Part shown: positions 12,168 through 22,295 of the stretch, piece after piece
Numbering within the stretch: position 1 is the first letter of the stretch
Layout of the letters: every line of letters begins with the position of its first letter
Notes under the pieces: generated by a model
Database searches by the model: none
The model's input: only the letters and a program-made list of their open reading frames with translations
What the model was told of the DNA's origin: nothing
NCBI GenBank assembly: GCA_030390025.1
Contig: CM059431.1
Span: forward strand, 117,926,001-117,990,000
Origin: Squalus acanthias
Lineage: Eukaryota
DNA length: 64,000 nucleotides
Reading direction: 5' to 3'
Translations under genes and position numbers: made by a program

Positions 12168-12433
12168 CTCGTATGAATAACTCACCTCTACGGAACATAC
12201 ATCTGCCGATTGGACATTCTAAGTACATGTTGTTGCGCTAATAGCATGACTATGTACTATCATCCTTTTAAATTGTGTTCAATTTAAAATAAGGCAAAAC
12301 ATTGTCCTAGGATGACTTAAAAGGAATTTTCATGTAACACATGATTATGAATCTCATGAAATTAATATGCTATTGTAACCTGATTTTTATCATTGACCAA
12401 ACTCTGCCCTGATGTTTTAAGCTCATCGTTTGG

Positions 12434-12442
12434 TCAAGAGGG
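12434..12442 (+). promoter_or_regulatory. Short 3' polypurine tract region (TCAAGAGGG)
   Basis: Abuts the TG of the 3' LTR with no spacer; ends AGAGGG like the foamy PPT AGGAGAGGG. Confidence 0.7.
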
Positions 12443-13903
12443 TGTAAAGGAATAGCCATATTTCAGAAAAATACACCATCCTATGAACAGAATTCTGACT
12501 TTATTAAATTATGACAAACTGGGTTTAAAAATCTAAAAGCCTCAACGACACAAGCTGTGAATACAGGCTTCTGAGATAAAATGAGTCACAAAGCTGTAAA
12601 CACCATACAAGCTTTTGAAATGGGAATTGGTTGTAAATACTAAGACAATGGCCTCATTGAAACAGAGGGTTGGAGGTTATAAGCAGTCTGCAGTTTGGAA
12701 CCAACACAATAGCTATACCCAGTTTAAAGTGTTAAAAAGTAACACTTCGAACAGAAACACAGAACATTAAAGAAACATGTGCCTTTGTAACAGTAACATC
12801 AAATGAAAGACAGGAAACATAAGTTTGTAATACAACCAATTGAAGTAGCTAAGGAATGCATAGAACACCCTAGTTGAAGTGTTTTTGATTTACATATTGT
12901 AAAAGGTACAATCAGAAGACTTTGTAAATATTATATCAATAGATGCACCAAGCAATCACATGGTTTTTGTATTGAACTTGGAACAGTTCGGGGACGTGAA
13001 ATCTGGGTTACAAGCAGCTGAGGTGGTTTAAGAATTCAATAGAAGACCTTCCTAAGAATCGCATCAAATAGATACAACTGTCAAATTGTTTTTTATGATA
13101 ACTTTCGAACACCTAAAGGTAGAGACAGAATTCTGCAAGTTAACAGCTGAACTGACAGTAAGATTCGAAAGAAATCAACAGAGATATGACTAGAGATAAT
13201 TAGCTTACATCAGCAGAAAACTTTAAAGAATATACCACTGCAAAAAGAGTATAAAATATAGAGCTTTCAGATAGGAAGTCAGAAGTCGCTGGAAGGGGCA
13301 AAGCGATTCTCAACTTCAGAGGCAGGCTCTGTAAGTTTTTAACTCTTTGAGTCTCAGGGATCAAACGGTACTTTTATTTGATTTTGGTGGATATTCTGGA
13401 TTAAGAATAAGACTTAGAAATGTAAAAATGTAACAAAGTTAAGATTTGAGAATAAGGATCTCTGAGAATAAGAAATGTAAGCTATTTGTATTTTGAACTG
13501 TTAAAGTTGCGATTGACTCACCAACTGTTAACTACATGTCGGTTCTTTAATAAATCTATATATTTGTAGAATTGTCTCACACAATATTTCTGTATCAAAC
13601 TCACAAACTCAATCTCTGTACACTCTTTTGTGAGGAGTTGCAGAATTCTGCGGGGGGGGTTACCGGACCTCATAATATCCGGGAGGTTACAGTCTAGTTA
13701 AACTTATTAAAGGTGCTATCTGGAGGATGGTAATATCTTCAAGTCATTTCTTTCCTTTAGGGAGAGATAGTCTGAACCTTTAGATCCAATTAAGCGTCTT
13801 ATAGGATTCGGCTATCTCTAACTTTAGTTGAAGGGGAACGTCTGGGGAATACGCCTGATCTGGGGTAGCCCGAGAAGGGCTAGGACTTGTAATTATCCCT
13901 TCA
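12443..13903 (+). repeat. 3' LTR (1461 bp)
   Basis: Direct repeat of the 5' LTR, roughly 50 substitutions plus small indels by manual count. Confidence 0.95.
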
Positions 13904-13969
13904 TTGGGGCTGTGGTTACTGGTACCACAGGCAGATGATTCCATCCCAGATTTCCCGGCCAGAAAGGTA

Positions 13970-14797
13970 GGGCTCGATTTTATGAATGGAGACATGTTGG
14001 AGGCAGGACTGCTGCTTGTCTGGTTTCAGTCCCGCCTCCATCAGCCTCTGGCCAACCAGCGGGACCTTCCCCTGATTGACCTTGTTAAGCCCACCCGGCG
14101 GGCTCAGCAGGCTAATTATGGGGAAGTCAGTGACAGAGCACGTCAACGTATGACGTGTCATCTGTCAAGAATTTTTAAAAGAAGAAATGTTGTCATTTGA
14201 CAGCTCTGTGAAGCTGTCAAACACTGACATTCTGTGTAGTTTGATGAGGCCTTATGTTCAGGACTCATCAATCCTTTCTACTTTGCAGCAATCAGATGAC
14301 TGCTGGATCGGAGGATGTAACAGCCAGTCTGTGATGTCGGGACTCCGGCTTCACAGCGACTGAAGGCTGTAGGCAGAAACAAAGGTAAGTTAACATTTTC
14401 TAACACTTTACACTCATCTCACATACTTACCACTCCACACTTGCACCCATCACTCCCCTCTACATTGCACTTTCATACCCCTCCAACCCCCGCAGACCTC
14501 CTACTCAGCTCTTACACACTGGTGGGGTTCCCCCAGGTCGGGAAGCCCGCATTTCGGAACGAAAAATGGGGATAATACTATTTTCTGCCTGTTAACTACC
14601 TTTTAACAGGCAGTTAATAGGCTTTAATCCCTTCCCGCCTCCAAGGAGATGGGACCCGGGGCAGGACGGCTTCCCGCCTCCTGGCAAGAGGGCACGGATG
14701 CGGGTTGGGGTATTTTTGCCACCCACCCCCAAATTCTGCAACTTTCCCGGCAGTCCTGCTTCCATACCTGCCTCCTCAGGGCTGAGAAAATCCAACC
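13970..14797. mobile_element. Harbinger-type MITE, related to 4763-5576
   Basis: Colinear similarity (e.g. GACAGCTCTGTGAAGCTGTCAAACACTGACATTCT); imperfect TIRs GGCTCGATTTT / AAAATCCAACC. Confidence 0.75.
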
Positions 14798-14879
14798 TGG
14801 GCTGACTGAGTTGCATCCTTCCTTCTTCTTCCTTCTCTTCTGTTTCCTCCTCTTCTGCTTCTTCCTTTTCCCTCTGTGA

Positions 14880-15022
14880 GCGGATGCTGGAAATCTGAAA
14901 TAAAAGCATGCAATGATGGAAATACTCAGCTGGTCAGGCAGCATTCCAACCTGAGACGTGAACTCTGTTTCTCTCTCCACAGATGCTGCCTGGCCTGCTG
15001 AGTATTTCCAGCATTTTCTGTC
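14880..15022. repeat. Inverted pair of Penelope tail fragments
   Basis: GGAAATACTCAGCTGGTCAGGCAGCAT is followed by its near reverse complement ATGCTGCCTGGCCTGCTGAGTATTTCC. Confidence 0.65.
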
Positions 15023-16328
15023 TTCTCAGACGCCTTCCTTTACCATCCAAGGTCTTGCAAGTATCCAGCAGCACTCCCTTCACTGCCTGCACATTTTAAT
15101 AACTTTTAACATGTATTGCACCAAGCCACTACTTCAATAAAATATAAAAAATCCAGTCCAAAAGCTTAAATGCAAACTTACCTGAAAGATGTGTGTGTCC
15201 CTTTAAGAAGTGCTGACAGTGCCTCTGTCGGTTTGCTGCACACTCGCTTTTCATGCTTTTCAGATTTGCATGTCCAGGGCCAGCACTGCTAACAGCAGCG
15301 CTATGGTCCTCACCAAAATGGCGGCCGCTGAGTCCTGCACCAGAGGCTGGCGTTAGAGCGGCGGCTGCCATTTTCTTCTAGGAGTCTGCCGCTAATGGTT
15401 GGCGGTAAGAAGCCCAATTTCTAGGCCTAAATCTATTAGCTGGCCCTCTATAATAAAAGTCAACACTTATGTACTTATCGCCTTTACCTGTTGATTTCCC
15501 TTCCTTATGTTGTGCTCAGTCCTTTAAAGGGGCTTTCAGGTTTTTCATGTGAATCTTTATTTCTTTTCAGATGGGCTGCTATGTAATTCCATTTATTTTA
15601 AAATTTTGAGTTCACATTTCCGACATTTCCAATTTTTCTTTTTATCTATCATTTTGTTGAAGTCTTGTCAAATATTCCCGACTGCACAGGGAAGAAATTG
15701 AATCTGAGCCAATTTGCTGCATACCTCCACCGGCTAAAGAGGTAAGTGTGCTACCTAATTTACAGCTCACCCAGGCACAGCTAGGGAGGAGCAAAACACA
15801 CTTGAGTTTGAACCTTCCATTTGATTTTGCCAGTTACTGAACAAAACCAAGGCGGTGATATCAGGACCACAGAGGAGATCTAACTGTAATAGTTTCTGCT
15901 CAGTGCATTAAACTGGCTGCAGCGCAATCATTTTCAGTGGAGATGGGGGACTCCAAGTTAAAGTCGTGCGGAACCAAGTATTTTAAATCTGATTTATTAT
16001 CACTGATGTAAAGTTCAAAGTGTGTGCTTGATCTTAGTAACAAGAATTACTTTTTAAAATATTCTACTGTCTTCTCTGCAGTGGATGAATGGATTGTCAA
16101 CTTTGTGAATTAATAATAACTGTGCTGCAGTTCACTTAATTCACAGAGTCAACAGACGATTCGTAATTGTGCATTACAGTAAAGTAACTTCATAAGGATT
16201 TGAGAAATCAGGCATCAGAAATCAGTTATTTCTTAACAATAAAGCAGATTTGTCCTGAAAGATCTGAAGACAGCTGTAACGGTTAAATAGAAATCCTTAA
16301 ATAGATTTGAAGTAGTAATCAGTTATTA

Positions 16329-16660
16329 CAGGAAACTTTCGTTTATCCGGCACCCTAATATCCGGAATTCTCGCTTAACCGGCAAAAATCAGGTAAGTTT
16401 TATTATACAGACAAGACCCCGATTCTGACCTTTCGCCCCCACGAAAGGGGGGTCAACGTTCTTCCGACTCCGACCTGTCGCCGCCACGGAGGAAAAAGCC
16501 GGAGTCTCGTTTACCTTCCCTCTCCGGGTCCCAATTGTTCAGCCTGTGGCCGTGTACGGGGCTCTCGTACCTTGGTAAGTATACCTCTCTGTAATCCAGC
16601 ACTTTCGATCAACTGGCACCACGCCGGTCCCGTCGGTGCCGGATAAACGAAAGTTTCCTG
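16329..16660. mobile_element. Tc1/mariner (pogo/Tigger-like) MITE
   Basis: Perfect 26-bp TIR CAGGAAACTTTCGTTTATCCGGCACC; TA on both flanks. Confidence 0.9.
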
Positions 16661-16766
16661 TATTATTTCGTTAATAGGAGTGAATGAAGTGGATGGAGAT
16701 AGAACTGATCCAATGGTACTTGGGGGTCATTGAGTTATCAAACTGTTCCTTTACCTCAGAGACCAG

Positions 16767-17394
16767 GGGGGGGGAAATTGGGTTGCATTGTGCCTTCTGC
16801 TAGTGCCCCGGGGGGTGCGTTAATGGGGCGCAAAGCCCCTAGCCCCTGGGTGCAGCGCCGCTAACGCCTCCCACGAAATTCAGCGGGAGGTTAGCGGTGG
16901 CAGTAACCGGTAGCGTCCCGCAGCGCTATGCCTCCAGCGATGACGTCATTGCCTTGCACAGCGCCCCGCTTGCGTCCCGGCCGCAAACTTCGGTCACGCC
17001 CCCGACTTACCGCCAGACACTATGTCTGACAGGGTCAGGGTGTGGGGTTTGCGGCCGCGCTGGCGTAAATTAAAGGGCAGGTGCCGGGCAGTCATTTTTT
17101 TTCTTGGGCTGCGTGCCAGCACCTGCCCCCTTCCACTTCTTCATGCGGGGTGCCGGCCGCAATCGGTCAGCCCGGCACTCCGATCCCTGGTGGTCCAGCT
17201 ATTGCACGTAGCACTGCGATATTGAATGGCAGCGCCACAGGAAGGAGGGGGAGTGCTTCCAGTAGCGCTCCACCTCCTGCTTGGGGCACTACCACTCAAT
17301 TTACGGCGCAGGGGCGCTAACTTTTCCTGGCACAAAAAAGTAGCGCCCCGGTGAAATTAGTGCCCCAAAGGGAGCGTGACCGAATTTTTCCCCC
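16767..17394. mobile_element. GC-rich Harbinger-type MITE
   Basis: Termini GGGG...GAAATT / AATTTTTCCCCC; CAG TSD; ends resemble the element at 32735. Confidence 0.75.
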
Positions 17395-17609
17395 CAGAGA
17401 TTTTATCCAGCCCATACTGAGGGGATGACATTGTGTTCCTTCCAATCACTGTATGGGTCCTGAGGGAAAGAACATTTGGAATTCCAAACCAGTTCCTAGT
17501 GGATATGAATCGACACCACAAAGGTGCCCCTCATTCAGTGCATTTATTTTGCTTATTCAGAGTCCAAAAGGATATCTAATATGATAGATGGAAAATTCAC
17601 ATGAGAAAG

Positions 17610-19450
17610 AAAGATGTTGCATTTATATAGTACCTTTCACGTCCTCCAGACATCCCAAGTGGCTTCACAGCCAATGAATTACATTGCACTTGCTTTTGTA
17701 ATGCAGGGTAATGTGGCAGCCAATTTGTACACAGCAAGGTCCCACAAACAACAAATGTGTAAAATGAGCAGTTAATCTGTTTTTTGGTGGTGGTGGCTGT
17801 AGAATTCGCAAAATTATCGTGATTTTATAAAAATAAGAAGGAGACATAAAGTTTCGTATAAACAGCTTTATTTCAGCAGAATGCTGTCAGGTTTCAAAAC
17901 GGACACAAACAGCCTGTAAAATGGCCGCCACGCCTCGTGGCAGAAAGTTCTAGACTTTCAGTAGGCAGACAAGATGGCGCTTCAATAAACATTTCAGCAA
18001 GATCGGACAGGACTCAGCACATTTGAGATAATTGACAAGACATGATGGGTTTACATTTTAAACATAAATACTGAAATCGGTCTCCCAGTTGCAAACAAGG
18101 GCTATTGTACTGAGCGATCAAGGACCCATCCAAAGACATTAATATGCAAAATCCCCACGGCTCTACGATGAGAGAGCCGTTCGCGGGTACTCACAGCAAG
18201 CATTTGGAAGCCCCAAAACCCCTCCAGGGAGACTACTAGCCGGTTCCACAATGGGAGAAATATTAACGGGTACTCAGACAGTCACAAGTGTCACCGAAAC
18301 CCATTAAAGACTGAGATCACCCCATACAAGAAGTTTGAGCGCCAAAACCCTGACAAAAGATAGACATTAAGATTGGGCGGGAAAAGAGGAATTACAGCAC
18401 TATAACTGTAAAGTACAGCCGTCCATCTCTCTCTTGCTGCTTTGACTCGCTGGAAGGCTGTTGAACTTTTATTCTCTTACCTGACGACTCTGGACTCTGA
18501 TCCGCTAGGATCAACCTCGTGGCTTGCCGCGAAGATCTGTGGAGAACTGGGCTGTGAGGCTTGGAGGCGGGCGCACCATCCCAAGGAGTCGGTAAACGGT
18601 GTTGGAACCGAAGGCCCGAGAGGAGATGAGATGAGATGAGATGAAGACTACACGTGTCGCCACGGTCAGTAAGCCCCGACCGCACCTAAAATATAAGGAC
18701 CATTTTCGAATTCTATCGGCTACTCCACAACTGGCCCAAGAAGACTATTCTTCGAGTTCTACCGACAACTGGTGTAGGACACAGGAAGACTCTTTTTTTT
18801 TGAGTAGTATCAGAACTCCGAGGGCAACACAGATCTTCATGACAGCAGACGGTCCAGCCTGCTAGCCGGAGCAGAAGCGAGTAAACAAGTGGGGTACAGA
18901 GACCCATGATCAACACGTGGATAGTCAGGTGCTGCGGTAAAAACATCCGAGCAGAGTTTCAGAATTCTCCGAGTTATCACGAGTGGTGAGCATGAGTCTC
19001 GATCCTACAAATCTAGATTAGGACAGGTATTGATAGGGGATGGTTTAAGTTTTAAGGATAATTATAATGTGTGTCCCCTTTTACGATGTGTCGTGAGCTC
19101 CTTGTTTCCCTAAAATTAGTTTCATAACTGTGTGTAAGATTGTACTGTCATTAATCTGTGCTTATGACATGTATCTCGTAATCTTGAATAATAGGCAATA
19201 AAGATTTTCCATTTCGCACTATTCAACCGGGTCTACCTGAGTCTTTCTCTGCTTTATTGCTCTCGCACCTAAGCCCAATGTCAGAACCGTAAGGGCGAGT
19301 GGGTCGAACCACTCACAGGTGTCTCGTGTTACCAGGCTGGCTGGAGACCAGAACAGGCAACAAGGCCTAACCTCGCACTAGCACCCAGGCTAAGCACAGA
19401 GCCACACGTCACCCCTTACAGTGGCTGAGGAATAAATCTTGTCCAGGATA
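17610..19450 (-). mobile_element. Deu-domain (SacSINE1-like) SINE fragment interrupted by a solo LTR
   Basis: GCAGCCAATTTGTACACAGCAAGGTCCCACAAAC core and TTGCATTTATATAG L2-like tail; resumes after 19420. Confidence 0.6.
17798..19420 (+). mobile_element. Solo LTR (1623 bp), family shared with 59566-61233
   Basis: TGTA...TACA ends; 5-bp TSD GTGGC; AATAAA at 19197. Confidence 0.88.
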
Positions 19451-20254
19451 TTCGCGTGTCTCCAATCTGGTTTCACAAGCTAAGCAGCTCTGCAACATAC
19501 TTCAAACATTGCTAGAAAGCCACTGCTCCCCATTGCTTGTGATGGGGCTGCTCTGGGACATTTCCCTGGCACTCATGTCACTAGGGCAGGCCAGCAGTCA
19601 AGGAGGTCCTAATATCCAAGAGGCTCCAACCCAGCAAGTAATTTATTTCCCCACAAACCTTCAAACAGAAATTGAAAATGGGACGGTGGGTGGGGGAGGG
19701 GGGATATTTCAAACAGATGGTGCTCCCATAAACTTTACTGTCCCTTGAACAGCAATTTGGCTGAATTCTATCCAAAACGTATGTGTATATATTCAGACAT
19801 AAAAGGCGGTTCATGTACAAGATGGACCGTCGCTGGACAAAGCTCACTGGAAGGCAGGAAATTAGACTCCAACACGTACGGACTGTGCCATGCGTGCCAC
19901 CACTGAACACAGAGGGGAGCGAGCAGAGTTCAAGACAGAGAGGATGAAAGTGGAGACCTGCTCTGGGGAACCCAATGCAGACAGGAAGGGTAGGAGCCAC
20001 CAGCAGGTGAGCTGCCCCCAGAATGATCTACAATGCCACCTACCTGCAATGACTTGCAAGTGAAATACACACCCCTCCCACATACTTCCAATCCCAAGCC
20101 TCCTGGGAAGATGGAACGGAGGCGGGTTGGGGGCGGGATGGGTACCTGCTCCCAGATTCTGCCATTTTCCTGGCATTCCCGCCTCCAAACCCACCTCCCC
20201 AGGGCTGGCAAAATCGCCCACTATGTCTCCCCCAATACCAGGAACCCTCAAATG

Positions 20255-20605
20255 GGGCAGTTACTGTTATTTTGTAGGCAAAAGCAGCAGCCAGATTGTG
20301 CACAGCAAGGTCCCACATACAGCAAGTGATTAAAAAAACAGTTAGTCTGTTTGGTGGTGTCGGTTAGGGATGAATGTTGGCCAGGATCCTGCTTTTTTGG
20401 GGGAAAAGTGCAGTGTCCTTTCCACTGATCAGGTAGACAAGTCTTTGGTTTAACATCTTATCCAAATGACTGCACCTCCAACAATGCACCAGTCCCTCAA
20501 TACTACACTGAAGTGTCAGCTGAGATTACAAGGCTTAGGTCCTGGAATAGTGCTTAAACCCACAATCTTTTTAATCCAGGACATGAGTACTACTCCTGAG
20601 ACAAG
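20255..20605 (-). mobile_element. Deu-domain SINE, decayed
   Basis: Same core (CACAGCAAGGTCCCACA) plus TCCCTCAATACTACACTGAAGTGTCAGC segment. Confidence 0.55.
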
Positions 20606-20637
20606 CTAACACTTGAGCAGTGCATTAATCAGCATCT

Positions 20638-22295
20638 GGCGTGAATACATGAACTCATTTCTCTTATTTGGAAGGAGGAGAGCATGCCAGGGGATCTCAG
20701 AGACGCCGTAATCGTGACCATCTTCAAGAAAGGTGACAAGTCCGATTGCGATAATTACAGAGGAGTCTCCCTGCTGTCTGCCACAGGGAAAGTCATCATA
20801 AGAATCCTCCTCAATCGCCTTCGGCCAGTGGCTGAAGAGTTCCTCCCAGAGTCGCAATGCGGATTCCGCCCACTAAGGGGCACAATGGACATGATCTTCA
20901 CCGCGCGTCAACTGCAAGAGAAATGCAGGGAACAGCACCAACTGCTGTACATGGCATTCTTTGATCTCACAAAGGCCTTCGACACTGTCAGCCGTGAGGG
21001 ATTATGGAGTGTCCTCCTCAAATTCGGCTGCCCTCAAAAGTTTGTCACCATCCTCCGCCTGCTTCACGATGACATGCAAGCCATGATCCTGACCAATGGA
21101 TCCATCACAGACACAATTCATGTACGGACCGAGGTCAAGCAAGGCTGTGTCATCGCACCAACGCTCTTCTCGATCTTCCTGGCTGCAATGCTCCATCTCA
21201 CCCTCAGTAAGCTCCCTGCTGGAGTGGAGCTAATCTACAGAACAAACAGGAAACTGTTCAACCTCCGTCGCCTCCAGTCCAGATCCAAGGTCGTCCCATC
21301 CTCTGTCATCGAATTACAGTATGCAGACGACGCTTGCGTCTATGCACACTCTGAGGTCGAACTCCAAGCCATCGTCACCGAAGTGTACGAGAGCATGGGC
21401 CTACACTAAACATCCTTAAAACAAAGGTCCACTACCAACCTGCCCCCACCACACAGTACTGCTCCCCGATTATCAAAATCCACGACTAGGCCTTGGACAA
21501 CGTGGACACTTTCATACCTCAGGAGCCTACTGTCAACAAGGGCAGACTGTCAATGACGAAGTCCAACACTGTCTTCATTGTGCCAGTGCAGCCTTCGGTC
21601 GCCTGAGGAAGAGAGTCTTTGAAGACCAGGACCTCAAACCCAGCACCAAGCTCATGGTCTACAGAGCAGTAGTGATACCCGCCCTCCTGTATGCTTCAGA
21701 GACATGGACATGTACAGCAGGCAGCTCAAAGCACTGGAGAGGTACCACCAATGCTGCCTCCGCAAGATCCTGCAAATCCATTGGCAGGATAGGCGCACCA
21801 ACGTCAGTGTTCTCGCTCAGGCCAACATCCCCAACATCGAAGCTTTGACCACGCTCGATGGACGGGCCACATCGTCCGCATGCCCGATACGAGACTCCCA
21901 AAGCAAGTGCTCGACTCGGAGCTCCTGACATGGCAAGAGAGCCCCAGGTGGGCAGAGGAAACACTTCAAGGACACCCTCAAAGCCTCCTTGAAAAAGTGC
22001 AAAATCCCCACCGACACCTGGGAATCCCTGGCCCAAGACCGCACAAAGTGAAGGAGAAGCATCCGGGAAAGCGCTGAACACCTCGAGTCTCTTCACCGGG
22101 AGCAAGCGGAAGCCAAGCGCAAACAGCGGAAGGTGCGCACGTCAACCCAAGCACCCCACCCACCCGCCCCTTCAACTACCGTCTGCCCCACCTGTGACAG
22201 AGACTGTAGGTCCCTATTGGACTCATCAGTCAGCTGAGAACTCATTTTTAGTGTGGAAGCAAGTCATCCTCGGTTCCGAGGGACTGCCTAAGAAG
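20638..22295 (+). mobile_element. RTE-clade (BovB-like) LINE, 5' truncated
   Basis: ORF 20684-21409 with NYRGVSLL, DLTKAFDTV, KQGCVIAPTLF, LQYADD; short AAG tail; TSD AATCAGCATCT / AATCTGCATCT. Confidence 0.88.

Larger units (their letters stand above)
7203..13903 (+). mobile_element. Endogenous foamy (Spumaretrovirinae-like) provirus, internally deleted
   Basis: Two ~1.45 kb LTRs TG...CA; 4-bp TSD TTGG (7199-7202, 13904-13907); Lys-type PBS; foamy-like RNase H and integrase motifs. Confidence 0.93.
5735..15427. mobile_element. Decayed PIF/Harbinger element hosting the foamy provirus
   Basis: TIRs GGCCTAGAAA / TTTCTAGGCC; TAA TSD at 5732-5734 and 15428-15430; Myb-like remnant (WLQCSKKLHDL) at ~6200-6425; acidic transposase-tail-like remnant on minus strand near 14800-14875. 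Confidence 0.75.

Noticed and set aside
11800..12442. env gene
   Set aside because: No signal or transmembrane segment and far too short; the ATG at 11800 opens only ~36 codons
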